Shown here: one piece after another, positions 26,933-39,685 of the stretch
How the letters are laid out: each line of letters opens with the position of its first letter
Numbering within the stretch: the first letter of the stretch is position 1
Assembly: GCF_001194135.2 (NCBI RefSeq)
Contig: NC_068987.1
Coordinates: forward strand, 732,795-792,185
Reading direction: 5' to 3'
Length of the DNA stretch: 59,391 nucleotides
From: Octopus bimaculoides
Lineage: Eukaryota
Notes under the pieces: generated by a model
What the model saw: only the letters and a program-made list of their open reading frames with translations
What the model was told of the DNA's origin: nothing
Database searches by the model: none
Translations under genes and position numbers: made by a program

Positions 26933-27354
26933 CTATATGTTGCGTTCATACTTTTTAGTCGTCTCTCTCGAATATTGTCGTCGTCGTCATCGTCAACATC
27001 AACATTATGATGATGATCATCATCATTACCATCATCATCATCATCATTCTACTCATTATTCCAATATTTTTCTTCAATCTATACAGTTGTCATCCTTATA
27101 TTGTATGTTCGCATATACATATCTGTCTGACTGCATATTTATTTGTGTGTTTATGTGTGTGTATATATATAGACATCTATATGCCCTCACACACACACAC
27201 ACATATATATAGAGAGATACATACATATATATGTGCGTATGTATATAGATATGTACGCAGACACACATACATACATAGCACACACATGTATGCATGTATT
27301 CTCATATATGTAAACATGTTAGCACGTTGAGTTTTGATAAGATTAGAGCCATCA

Positions 27355-27432
27355 TTAGTGAATGGAAGAATGATTTAGATAGGCATCATAGAATTAGTGA
27401 ATGGAAGAATGATATAGATAGGCATCATAGAA
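27355..27432. repeat. 39-bp tandem duplication (2 units)
   Basis: ttagtgaatggaagaatgat(t/a)tagataggcatcatagaa x2. Confidence 0.9.
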
Positions 27433-27489
27433 TTACAATAATATTATAATATTGATAGTATCATAATATTATAATTTAGTGCTGGGAAT

Positions 27490-28030
27490 GGTTCTCTCGA
27501 GTGAAACATTGCGGAAAGCAAAGTCTGTGCCTGATCTGGGAAGTGGTAAAGGAAAGTTTGATCAGAAGATATTCATGGATGATTTGAAGTTGTTCATAAA
27601 AGGTGAGGCAGAACTGACCGGTCAAATGATATCAAGCTGGACTTAGGACTTTCAAAATATACTGTGATGATTGTTATACGCGGGAAAGTTTTCGGGACCA
27701 AAGGCATATCTATGGCAAGTGGTGAAATGATGAAGGTTATTGGATCTGAATCCTAATATAAATAGCTGGAAATACTTGAGCCAGATGGAATTAAAAACAA
27801 CGATATGAAAGAAAAAGCAAAGAAATAGTACCTGCAGCGAGTGAGAAAAATATTGATTTCAAAGTGGAATGCCAGAAACATAATCTCAGTTATAAACTAG
27901 CGCCCGGTTGGATTAGTTCGGTGATGCTGATGGGATTCAGAAGGGGACAAAGGGGATGCTAAAACATTGGACAGGAAGACAAGAAAGCTTCTAACAACGC
28001 ATGGAGCCCATCATCTGCGTGTAGAACTTT
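27490..28030 (+). mobile_element. Dong/R4-type LINE, RT core-thumb remnant
   Basis: IFMDDLKLF, LGLSKYTV...GK, YK*LEILE..GIK..DMKEK.KK*YLQRVRKIL.SK.NA.N.IS.IN and LDRKTRKLLTTHGAHH. Confidence 0.85.
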
Positions 28031-28039
28031 CTGTCCGCA

Positions 28040-28240
28040 GACGCCATGATTAATCGCTGACCAAACACCATTCAGTTTTTTTTCTCCGTGTTTTTCTCAT
28101 TGTTTTCTCCGTATTCTTTCTGTTGAAGAGCGTAGCTCGAAACGTTAAAGACTTTCTGTATTCCCGAGCGTCAAACTAATACATCCTTTTGTTGTTTACA
28201 CCACCTGTCCTCGTCTGTTGTTGTTTTTTTCGTACATTCT
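28040..28240 (+). mobile_element. Penelope-like terminal (pLTR/3') repeat carrying a hammerhead-like motif
   Basis: Contains ctttctgttgaagagcgtagctcgaaacgttaaagactttc followed by a T-rich 3' segment. Confidence 0.6.
28115..28151 (+). ncRNA. Minimal type I hammerhead ribozyme-like motif (core variant CUGUUGA)
   Basis: Stem I TCTTT (28115-19)/AAAGA (28147-51); core CTGTTGA-A; stem II GAGC/GCTC with GTA loop; GAAA-C-G-TT (palindromic ACGT stem III). The conserved A6 is replaced by T. Confidence 0.55.
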
Positions 28241-28349
28241 CCCATATATGTATAAATATGTATATGTATATGTATATATATATATGTACATGTATATGTG
28301 TGTATATATACATGTATAAGTATATATATGTATATATATAAATGTTTTT

Positions 28350-28386
<37 letters not shown>

Positions 28387-28479
28387 CATTCACATGCTTT
28401 TAAGTTTGGCCAAAATAAAGACTGCCGATGAAATGTTCAAAGTTTGTCATTCTGTCTTTGGTGTTGTGAATTCATGAGA

Positions 28480-28720
28480 AATTTCTGTGAATTCTTACAA
28501 AGTATTTCATCAAACTATTCATAAAATTGCATATCTTGATTGAAATTTCTGCCCCATTTCTCTTATTACAAATCTCTCTTCACTTTCCTCTACTCTTCTC
28601 ACCAATAATGCTAAGAAATAGTAAAAATTCAAAGTGTAACAGCAGAACATGTTGTTCAATATCCCGTTGATATTTCTAGTCAAGACATCTTGCCGAACAC
28701 AAACTTGAAGCAAATTTCAA
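28480..28720 (-). mobile_element. Possible old RTE-like RT remnant
   Basis: VRQDVL...(cf. GVRQG) and ...SRYAI (cf. LRYADD) at plausible spacing; weak. Confidence 0.25.
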
Positions 28721-29477
28721 ATGTAATATCTATTTTCTTTTTCCTTCTGTTTGATATCTCCAATTATCTTTGCATAATTGAATAATTTGGACTTTATACA
28801 TGATTAGCCGAAAGATTATTTTAAATATTATATAGAATTACGTCTAACATGACAACTTGCTCACTATTATTGTATGTCTGTAGGTATTAGAGATAGCTTC
28901 ATAATTTCAGATTATTTGATAATCTTCACTGCAAGACTCGTGCCTCCTCACTAATCATATTTAGTCGAGTTAATCACCACACTCTCACCTGACCTCATAT
29001 ACACAGGTGGAAATATGGAAGCCATAACTGTGATCGCCACCCTACCAGAAATAGCAACCATGTCTCACGTCATCACAACCTGCAATCTTTAAAAACTAAA
29101 ATAATACTAGATGATGTAGTGCTGGATGTGGGTATATATATATATATATATATATATANNNNNNNNNNATATACATACACATGTGTGTGTATATATACAC
29201 ATCTGTGTGTATACGTAAATATATATATATGCACACACATATATCCATATATATCCACATAGGCACATACATATAATATAAACGTACATACATATATACT
29301 TGCATAATATTTGAAACATAGATATATAAAGAAATAAATATTATATATTTACACACGCACATACACACACACATATATATATCTATCTACCAGTCAATAC
29401 ACAAATATATATAAGCATATATGTATGTGTATATATATTCATATATGTATCTCTCTCTCTCTCTCTCTCTCTCTCAT

Positions 29478-29553
<76 letters not shown>

Positions 29554-30004
29554 ATGCATGCCAATATTGAGTTAACTTTCCTTGGTGAAATTCAATAAAT
29601 ATCTTAATCTAAGAAAAACTATTGAATAATCTTTCAGTTTAATACATAGCAGTTTTCGCATATAACTTCACAAAGAAAACACACACACTCTCACGTGCGC
29701 AAACACTCATGCGTGCACACACTTACACACACATACACAACACATACACAGCACACTCACACACACACACACACACATATATATATGCATTTCAGTTTCC
29801 TGAATACTTTTCGATTACCAGTTTCACTCCAAAGCCATTTATTAGCTTGGTTCTGGTTTTATAACAGAAGACAGCTGTACATGTTGCCCCACAGTGGGAT
29901 AGATTCCAAAACTCTCTGGTTGCGAAGTGATCTTTATGACCACCAACCATACTCGTGTCTACATATGCATATGCATCTACACATATACACATAAAAGTTA
30001 TAAA

Positions 30005-30040
30005 TTTAACGTTTCGAACTCGCATCCTTCTTCAGAATGA
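30005..30040 (-). ncRNA. Minimal hammerhead ribozyme-like motif
   Basis: Minus strand: catt-CTGAAGA-A-GGA tgcgag TTC-GAAA-CG-TT-aaa. Intact CUGANGA/GAAA core; stem I only 2 bp and stem II has one G-U pair. Confidence 0.5.
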
Positions 30041-31854
30041 GGAGAAAGTCTTTCAAGTTCAACGCTGTGGTTGCTAGGAAGTCACAGTCTATCTAATTCA
30101 ACAATATTCACTTTATTCTTCGCTCTTATTGAAAACAGTAATGCGGGATTTGTAGGAGATTTAACTTCTCTTTCTAGTAAATTGAGCGACCCCAGATTCC
30201 CTTGCTGGATTGTCAGTGGCTTTGGTGATGTCGGTAGAATGATTGTAGTGTTGTTGTTTAGCTGACTTCACAGCGTACTATATCAAAAAGTGAAAAACAA
30301 ATGCTGTTGTAAATATAGAAAAGAAGGCATTATCAGAACTGCAGCGTATCTGATCACCAGTCTGCTGGACCGTTGCTAATTTGAGGTTAACCCATAAACA
30401 TATATTATTCATTTCTTATATAAACAGAGTGAGGTATATTTTTCAGTATGGAAAAATTGATCATAAACTTCTGCGACAACGAAAAGGTCTATTTTATCGG
30501 CCACGAAAATGTAATATGTAAATATTGGTGAAAAGAAGAGAATTTACTAAAATTTTAAATCTCCGAAATGAAGATTAACAGTTAAAATGCTGTCAGCCAC
30601 CGTTCGGGGACGAATTATGATTTGGTAATATGAACCATGCATTTGTTAATTGCTTTAAGGGTTTGAACACTCACGAGTAGACATAGACACACCATTTGGT
30701 CCTCCAACCTTGACCCATCTGTCACGTTCGCTTAATTTCAGGTTAGTCCAATCTACTCAGTTTAAAAAATAATGAGTACCAGTCCAGATCTGATGCAGCC
30801 CTTTCCCCCCTGCCCTTTCTCCCTCTCTCTCCCTCTCTCCCTCTCTCTCCCTNNNNNNNNNNNNNNNNNNNNNNNNNNNNNNNNNNNNNNNNNNNNNNNN
30901 NNNNNNNNNNNNNNNNNNNNCCTCTCTCCCACTCTCTCCCTCTCTCTTGTCGGAGATGTTCTGATCAGTTAGCAGTGTCAGTAGGGCATCTTTCTCTTTG
31001 TCTGTCTACTTGGAGATCTTAAAAAAATTTACCAAAAGCGCGATACAATTTACCAGTTTTTACTCGACTGCGAATGATCCCTATGGCTCTTTTCCCACCA
31101 CTTAAAATATGGCACACACTTGGTTAATGAAAGAAATCACAAAAGGACTCATGAAAGCCATAACTGTAGAATCATTTTACAAGGTTTGCCTTCAGTCAAA
31201 CAACTAAGCCACGGGTCAATTCGATCCGTTTTGAAGTGAAGAAAATACAGGGAGCATCACAGTCAGCATCAATCACAACTAGGTACAAATAATTTATATA
31301 TTTGAAGGAAAAAAAGCCCAGCCTCTTGATCAAGTTTTCTGACATGTTTTGCAACTAGTTGCAACATTAAATTATAATGCATCATGACATGTTTTTAAAA
31401 TAGCTTCGCTGCAAACACAAAAACAAAGTTATATTTTGCTGCAGATGTTGTGCAAAGTAAACTGTGAGTGTTCAGTTTAAAACTGGAGTGAAATTATTCA
31501 TATTATTTCTACTTCATCATAGCGAAAAGCTGACATGTCAGCGGCGATAAAATAATTCTCTGTACAGTAACAAATTAAAGATGAAAGCTTTCTGTGTTGC
31601 TGCATAAATATTTTAACCAATCTGTACGTAACTGTAATAAACAACAACTAAACAACAGCAACACAAAACAAACAAAAATGCCCAAAGAAACGAAGAAACT
31701 GGAAAAGTTTTTCCTCCATTTTGTGTTTCTCATTTCTCATTTTCAGATTCTGTTAAGAACAGAGTAAAACTGGTCGCAATAAATCTGGATTTCTTAGTTT
31801 GGCACAAAGATGAATATTTATGGAAGACGAACCAATGAGGAAGCTTAAGAGGTG

Positions 31855-32170
31855 GTCACAAAACATGTTAGAAATAGCAGCAGCATATCTCTCAAATCGT
31901 ACATTGCTGTCTAGAGTAGACAACACAAGAAGAAAAAAAATGAGCTTGTACGGGATCACTTGCATTGCTTGAAATAGTAGTTAAATCTCTTCCAGACTAA
32001 CAGTAACAACCTTTACTTAATTTGAAGACGAATAAGAAAATGTAGTCCTAAAGAGTCATAAAGTCGAGATGGTCACGGCTTGACACACAAGACAAATGAA
32101 ATAGTAACGAGTGGAATATTTCTCATCCCGGATCTGTCGGATCGGGATTAATCTTTGGTTAAACAACAAT
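31855..32170 (+). repeat. Dispersed repeat family C copy/copies
   Basis: tgttagaaatagcagc..atctctcaaatc, tgtagtccta...gatggtcacggc and ...ttggttaaacaacaat tail. Confidence 0.55.
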
Positions 32171-32258
32171 AAAACGACTACACTACATATTAAAGTCCCT
32201 AGTATATAGATGGGCTGGTCACGAATGGAAGATTTTCAAAGCTGTGCAAAGACTATAA

Positions 32259-32264
<6 letters not shown>

Positions 32265-32322
<58 letters not shown>

Positions 32323-32362
32323 ATAATAATAATAATAATAATAACAATAATTATTATTATTA

Positions 32363-32435
<73 letters not shown>
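32265..32435. repeat. Compound microsatellite (CTA)n-(TAA)n-(TTA)n
   Basis: Direct reading; contains a (TAA)/(TTA) inversion point near 32350. Confidence 0.95.
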
Positions 32436-32436
<1 letters not shown>

Positions 32437-33009
32437 ACAAAAACAACAACAAAATAGAGTAATAATGAAAATATGGGTAGATTCTCAGGAAAACAAAATA
32501 CACGAGACTCCGTAACAATCAACCTTCAGATATTAAGACAATTGCGTTCGTCGAAGGAACTAATAAGAGATACTTGTAAGTCTGAACATTAAATTATTCT
32601 TAGAAATAGGATTTTCGTGAAGGTTTCAACTATTTTTTCAGCTTTAACAAACCACAACCATAGGCCTCGAATAGAAAGACGTGTCGACACCAACCTCGTG
32701 CTTTAACGTCAATATTTCTTCCCAATAGGAACCTAACGAGAAAATTATCGGTCATCTTACATCGAAGCTAAGAATTCTTCACTTAAATGAGTCTTAAATA
32801 GCCCTAAATATAAATGTATGGTCAGTGCCAAAATCAAGAGGTAAAAAATAGATTAGCTGAGAATAAGTTAGAATATTATACCCCGGGGTGCATTTCGAAA
32901 AAGAGAGGCGTAACATTGACTCTGTCAAGAGCGTACGAATGTGTCTGCCTGTATGTCTGTCGCTATGTATATCCATTGGTCTGTCATTCCGTCTGTTTCT
33001 ATTCTTTTG

Positions 33010-33062
<53 letters not shown>

Positions 33063-33228
33063 TTCTATGAATAAATATATGTAGCTATACTTACATATAT
33101 GTATAGGCGTATATACATACATCTAAATGCGTGTATCATACATCAAACTCTCACCACACTTTCTGTATCTATCTATACACATACACACACACACGCACAC
33201 ACACATATGTAAATGGATAGAAAGCGAA

Positions 33229-33273
<45 letters not shown>

Positions 33274-33593
33274 GATGGAGAGAGAGAAAGACAGACAGAC
33301 AGACTTATACATTCGTGGCGCACACACGCTCACATAAATGACTCACTCATATATAAACGTGCATGCACACATCATGTCTGTGAGTATGATATTAAAGTCA
33401 ATAAATTTTTATTCTCTAAGTGCGATTAAAGGATCTATTAATATATACATATATGTATATATATTAATGTGTTTATATGTATATACATATGTATATATAC
33501 CGTATTGATATATAATACACGTAATTACACACACACACACACACACATATATATGTATGTATGTGTTAGTGTGTATTAGTATATGCATATAAA

Positions 33594-33632
<39 letters not shown>

Positions 33633-33675
33633 CAGTTTGCATGAACATATATATATATATATACACGTATATGTA

Positions 33676-33781
<106 letters not shown>

Positions 33782-34259
33782 TATGTGTATATACGTGTTT
33801 ATTTGTGTGTGTGCGTGCGTGTACCCTCACGAAATCTCAACACTTTTCAAACTTGATATGGGAAGACAAAACTGTGCTGTTGATGTTTTGTAAAATCGAA
33901 ACGTCTTTTCTTTTTTTATTCTTGCTTGTTAACACTAATTAAGTTTTTTCCACTTCCCACATCTAAATTATTATTATTTTTTTTTCGTATAACATTAATT
34001 CGTAGAGAATGTCTCCCTCGTCTTTTCAGACTCTCAACTATTTACCGATAGGTTTTAGTCTATCAAATTTTCATGCATTAAAAAGTCGTTGCTTACTTCA
34101 CCCCCGACTAATCGAACTTCACACCATTCGCCCGATCCTGTTATTCCCATTTGCTCATATTAAAGAGATGATTATTTATGTTGTGAACCAGACAAATAGA
34201 TCGATTTTATTTCATTTTTTCGTAATATTGAAAGGAGATTAAAATATATTGTTTCTGTT

Positions 34260-34299
<40 letters not shown>

Positions 34300-35274
34300 G
34301 CTTTATGTCTTAACCGGGTATTATTGTTAATATTGTTTATTTGCATGTCAGCCTTGATCCAGCAGATTTAAGATCGAAGGTTTTTGCCACTGACCGTCCC
34401 ACTATTCCCCCCCACCCCAGACAACATATCGATGCATTTTTATATTGGTTAAAATGTTGGCATATCACTTGGTTGCTGTTTCTAGCAGACGACAGCAACC
34501 GTGTAGAATTCATTGTCTGCTGGGTTTAAAGTTTACCGGACAAGATTTATGTGNNNNNNNNNNNNNNNNNNNNNNNNNNNNNNNNNNNNNNNNNNNNNNN
34601 NNNNNNNNNNNNNNNNNNNNNNNNNNNNNNNNNNNNNNNNNNNNNNNNNNNNNNNNNNNNNNNNNNNNNNNNNNNNNNNNNNNNNNNNNNNNNNNNNNNN
34701 NNNNNNNNNNNNNNNNNNNNNNNNNNNNNNNNNNNNNNNNNNNNNNNNNNNNNNNNNNNNNNNNNNNNNNNNNNNNNNNNNNNNNNNNNNNNNNNNNNNN
34801 NNNNNNNNNNNNNNNNNNNNNNNNNNNNNNNNNNNNNNNNNNNNNNNNNNNNNNNNNNNNNNNNNNNNNNNNNNNNNNNNNNNNNNNNNNNNNNNNNNNN
34901 NNNNNNNNNNNNNNNNNNNNNNNNNNNNNNNNNNNNNNNNNNNNNNNNNNNNNNNNNNNNNNNNNNNNNNNNNNNNNNNNNNNNNNNNNNNNNNNNNNNN
35001 NNNNNNNNNNNNNNNNNNNNNNNNNNNNNNNNNNNNNNNNNNNNNNNNNNNNNNNNNNNNNNNNNNNNNNNNNNNNNNNNNNNNNNNNNNNNNNNNNNNN
35101 NNNNNNNNNNNNNNNNNNNNNNNNNNNNNNNNNNNNNNNNNNNNNNNNNNNNNNNNNNNNNNNNNNNNNNNNNNNNNNNNNNNNNNNNNNNNNNNNNNNN
35201 NNNNNNNNNNNNNNNTGTGTGTGTATATATACATGTATATATATATTTGTGTGTGTTTGTGTGTGTGAGTCTGC

Positions 35275-35483
35275 GTTAGTGTTTTCCCCAACCCCACCCA
35301 CCCCATCATCACTTGACCACAGCTGTTGATGTGTTTATGTCCCCGTAACTTATCGGTTCGGCAAAAGAGACCGATGGAAAAAGTACCAGGCTTACAAAAT
35401 ATAAGTCCTGAGGTCGACTCTAAGTCGGTCTTCCATCATGGCCGCAGTCGAACGGACTGAAGCAAGTGAAAGAATGAAAGGAT
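35275..35483 (+). mobile_element. SINE-type repeat, family B
   Basis: ccccgtaacttatcggttcggcaaaagagaccgat...catggccgcagtcgaacggactgaagcaagtgaaagaat. Confidence 0.85.
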
Positions 35484-35912
35484 ACATTCACACACCTCCA
35501 CACATGTATACGTGTTTGTGCTACAAGTCTTCATTTGCTTCCATGATATTATGTATGATTCTGTATTGTGTGTGTGTGTGTGTGATTACAAATGAATACA
35601 CTAATAGAAAATATAAATAAATAGCAAAATAAAACAGAAAACCTACAGATTAAATCTAAAAAACATGAATGCCGATATTGTTCCATTATTAGTTGGCAAT
35701 CTTGATAATTAGGTAAGACCTTTCGACAGGTTTTCAAACGCCGTTTGCTAAAGTGGACATCGGAGAGATGATTTATAAACATTTACCTCATTTTCTTCTT
35801 CCAGACGATAAATAAATGTTTTCCCCTAAAAAACTAATTTCGTACTTTCAAATCTCACATCGATTTTTTATTCCGTTAGCCTCATTTGTTAAAAATAATA
35901 ATACTATTAATA

Positions 35913-36123
35913 ACTGTTTCAAATTTTGGCGCTAGGCCAGTAATTCTAGGGTGAGGGGTATGTCGATTATATCAGCCTTAGAAATTTTCTAACAATTCAT
36001 TTCACCCGCAAAAGGGTCAAACACAAAATTGATTTCAGCGGAATTTGAACTCAGAACGTAAAGAGACAGAAGAATTATCTCTAACCATTTCGTCCGACAC
36101 GTTAACAATTCTGCCAGTTAATC
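35913..36123 (-). mobile_element. tRNA-derived SINE, family A
   Basis: cagcggaatttgaactcagaacgtaaagag...aaccatttcgtccgacacgttaacaattctgccag. Confidence 0.8.
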
Positions 36124-36186
36124 TCTTTCTTTAACTTCAAACTAGCAGAAGGCCAGCGATTTTGAGGGGAGTAGAACAGACCCTGC

Positions 36187-36227
36187 CAGGGGTTCCCAAC
36201 CTTTTCACAGCGGTTCCCAACCCTTTT
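36187..36227 (+). mobile_element. hAT (Charlie/MER-type) TIR-like sequence, present twice in tandem
   Basis: CAGGGGTTCCCAACCTTTT followed by CAGCGGTTCCCAACCCTTTT; no partner TIR found. Confidence 0.45.
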
Positions 36228-36280
36228 ATTTAAATAAGTTTTCCCACGGGCCCCTTTTAATACGCTCATCCTTATATATA

Positions 36281-36490
36281 TATTGGGTTAGCAAGTAAGT
36301 TCCTGCCGTTTTTCTTAAATTTTGGAATTTATTGCATTTTAAAATTATGGAATCTATTTTTTTCGAGAATTCTACTTTTGAATCATTTTGGAATCTATTT
36401 TGTATTGTTTTTTCTACTTAATTTTAGTTAATTCTTGTTAATTTTCAGATCATTAAAATGGAAAGTCAAGTTAAGAAAAACGAGCACTTG
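36281..36490 (+). mobile_element. 5' end of a mariner element (mellifera-like TIR and transposase start)
   Basis: TA+TTGGGTTAGCAAGTAAGTTCCTGCCGTTTTT TIR-like end; ATG at 36458 gives MESQVKKNEHL, then interrupted by a SINE. Confidence 0.65.
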
Positions 36491-36607
36491 TATCAGTCAT
36501 TACACTGTGGCCATGCTGGGGCACTGCCTTGAAGTATTTTAGTCGAATGAATCGACTCCACTGCTTTTTCTTATATTCTAAAGCCTGGTGCCTATTCTAT
36601 CGGGATC
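36491..36607 (-). mobile_element. SINE-type repeat, family B (partial)
   Basis: actgtggccatgctggggcactgccttgaag...gtcgaatgaatcgact...ctggtgcctattctatcgg. Confidence 0.8.
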
Positions 36608-37478
36608 GTACAGTAGAACTCTCGATTGACGGTCTGGCCCTGGGGGTCGAACTCTCGATTGACATACTGCGGATTTGGAAACAAACGATGAGCATGATCT
36701 TAATTGAGCTGCGGCTCAATCGTACCTTCTTCGGTCATGGAGATGAAGGCCTCTCCAAATGTGGACGACTGCTGCTTCGTCTCAAGGTCGAACCCATGCA
36801 CCCAACTCTCGTCACCGGTGATGATCCTCGACATGAAGGATGGGTCACCAGCGGCACGGTGATGCAGATCTTGACAGACCTCGTCGCGAGATTCTTTCTG
36901 CTCAGTGATCAGCAGGCGGAGTACAAACCTAGCAGAGACATGCCGCATGTTCAATTCAGACGTTAGGATTGTTTGCTCGGACCCTTACGACAGACCAACA
37001 ACATCAGCAATGTCGTTGATTGTCCTCCGACCTTCCTTATACAGAAGCTGATGAATCTTCTCCACAATTCTGGGGGTGACGTTTGTGGCAGGTCTTCCAA
37101 ATCTCTGATCGTCTTCCAGAGACGTTCTTCTTTTGGAACGTTTGTTCCACACACGAAACATTGCGTTCGACTCATTGTCTCGTCGCCGTAAGTTTGCGTA
37201 AGCATACTCAATGTTTTTGCAGCAGATTTCCCAAGTTTAGCCGTGAAATTTCACGTTGGCTCCTTGTTCCAACTTCCTGTCCGTGGCAAAATCGGAAACT
37301 ACAGCATACACGTGATCACAAAAACACAATCTTCACAACCTGCGAAGTAAACACAGCGATGTCACTCAGCACTCTGCCTCATGAAGATCACTGTTAGCTT
37401 TCATTGCGCAGGCAACCATGTGCTGGCATCTGCTGGCGCGCTACACAACTAGTCCAGGAACCATTTGGGATCGTGGTA
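36608..37478 (-). mobile_element. Mariner transposase pseudogene with 5' TIR-like end (3'-truncated)
   Basis: RKLEQGANVKF, LGKSAAKTLSMLTQTYGDETMSRTQCF, NMRHVSARFVLRLL, IITGDESWVHGFDLETKQQSS (first catalytic D), IKIMLIV and PQGQTVNREFYC. Start codon mutated to ACG (37284). TIR-like end at about 37450-37478. Confidence 0.93.
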
Positions 37479-37504
37479 GGAGTAGAGATTCTGATGCTTG
37501 GCAA

Positions 37505-37598
37505 ATTCAATGATAACAGCGGTCATTTCTGGGGCACGACTCGAACCCACGATATCTAGAATTATTATAGAGTTTACTACCGATTCAGCCACACCCTG
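37505..37598 (-). mobile_element. tRNA-like SINE head
   Basis: Minus: GGGTGTGGCTGAATCGGTAG...GTGGGTTCGAGTCGTGCCCC with A- and B-box-like motifs; cloverleaf not intact. Confidence 0.55.
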
Positions 37599-38187
37599 TA
37601 TAGCGATAAATCCAAACAATAAAGTCTAGGTTTAAGCTGACCTCAGTGATTTCTATAAACAGACCAGCAACAAATCCATAATTTATTCATATTTGTTTCA
37701 TTTCAAACCTTTTTCACTCAGTGTCGCTCTACACCGTAATTATTTCTGTTCCATCTCTCAACCCTGTGAGACTAATTATCTTCTGCGTCTTCCTCTTATG
37801 TAACTACTACATCGATCCAATCTTCTAAAACCAGACCAACGTTACTGATATGAAAATGGCTGACCTAAGTATAAATAGATATTCCTACGAGTCATCACCT
37901 AGGAGACAAAATATTCAGTTTGAGCATCTCCCGAGCTTTTATTTTTCTCAGTTTCGTATCAGATCTCAGATGCCGATAGTGTCATGTCTACGTTTGTAAA
38001 CTAGATATGTTATTCTTGTTGGACAAATTTGAAAAACCGGTTGCCCAGCAAGGAAGAAATATCCTTGGGCATATATTATCAGAATGGTTGGAGCATCTGA
38101 ATATGTCTTGCAGAATTTTTCTGCGATTCTTAAAGTTCTGAACTCGAATGTGTTGGAGGCCAACTTTGCATTTGTCATCCCTCGGGA

Positions 38188-38385
38188 AAGCGGCGAGCCG
38201 GCAGAATCGTTAGCATATCGGGAAAAATATCCGTCCCAACGCCTAGAGTTCAAATTTTGTGAGGTCGACTTTCCCTTTCACTTTTCAGGGCCGATAGAAT
38301 AAATACCAGTTAAGTACTGAGGTCGACGTTATCGATTTATCCCCCCTCCCCTAAAATTGCACGCTTGTACCTAGAGTACAAAATA
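38188..38385 (+). mobile_element. tRNA-derived SINE, family A
   Basis: gcggcgagccggcagaatcgttagca...gagttcaaatt...gaggtcgactttccctttca...ataccagtt...atcgatttatcc. Confidence 0.88.
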
Positions 38386-38858
38386 TATTTATAAGCTTCT
38401 GTTTGACCAGCCTCTACTTTCTGTCGGTCTTTGCAGTTTTCTATTTCTAGAGCGCGGATAGAGTGTTTCTAATCTAATCTAAATGCATTTAGAAACGAAG
38501 GTATTTATTCATTACATCTATTTCTCACACTTTTCCGTTGCGTTTGACCTAGAATCACACTTTATTCGTCTCTTTTTAAAAAAAATTCCGTTCTACTTTG
38601 TAACATACTGACAAAAGAAATATTACAATAAACGGAATGTGTATATACTCCAAGCCCTACGTAAAACCCAACGTATATCTAGAAGCGATAATCAAAAACA
38701 AATTAATACGAAAACAAACTGTTCAATATATATAAATATTTCGTGAAGAAAAAGTGACAGCTTAGTGGGCAAAAAAGTAATCTGATGCATGTGGGTCTGA
38801 CCAAAAGTGAAGCACAGTTCAACATAGTCTCAAAAGCAGCGATTGTAAAAAGAAAAAT

Positions 38859-38910
<52 letters not shown>

Positions 38911-38949
38911 AAAGACCGAGTATGGTGAGAATGTGGTTTCTTGCTACAG

Positions 38950-39006
38950 AGATGTAACAGTGGAGGTGAGAGTCAAGGACACGAATACGTGCGAACTTGC
39001 AGTAAG
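38950..39006 (+). CDS. Candidate 57-nt exon, unknown host gene
   Basis: ggtttcttgctacag| ... AAG|gtaagc (alternative donor gtaagg at 39002). Open as RCNSGGESQGHEYVRTCSK or DVTVEVRVKDTNTCELAV; could be UTR. Confidence 0.45.
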
Positions 39007-39341
39007 GTAAGCGTTGGTATGTTTGTTAGTTTTAAAAGGTGTTTTTGAAAGTTCAGATGTCGAAGGAGGTTGTAAGTGCATACGTGTGTGCATATTCTTT
39101 TATTCTTTTACACGTTTCAGCCACGCGGCTCCGGTCACGCTGGAGCACGACAATGTCTCAGTTTATGTTGTAAGTGTATGCATATGTCTAGTAAAGTGCG
39201 CACGTGTTTAAATACATATATCTATGTTATATCATCATCTCTCACTCTCACTATCTCTCTTTCTCTCCGTCCGTCCCTCCCCTCCCCCTCTCTATCTATC
39301 TATCTATCNNNNNNNNNNCGTCCGTCCCTCCCCTCCCCCTC

Positions 39342-39416
<75 letters not shown>

Positions 39417-39635
39417 GTATGTGTGTGTGAGATGGGATAATATGTATGTATATAAACACACGTACACTTTAAAAAAGCGGATGCAAACAGTATTTAAAAT
39501 CAAACACGCTGGCGCTCCAGCATGACCACGGTGCCATGGCTGAAATGTGTAAAGAAATAAGAATAATACACATATATATACATCTGTGTATGTGTATATA
39601 TATATATACATATACATATATATAAATGTTGTATG

Positions 39636-39685
<50 letters not shown>

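Noticed and set aside
36529-36966. 145-aa + strand ORF
   Set aside because: Antisense shadow of the minus-strand mariner and SINE.
37540-37598. Possible tRNA gene
   Set aside because: A/B boxes are present but acceptor and anticodon stems do not pair; it is a SINE head.
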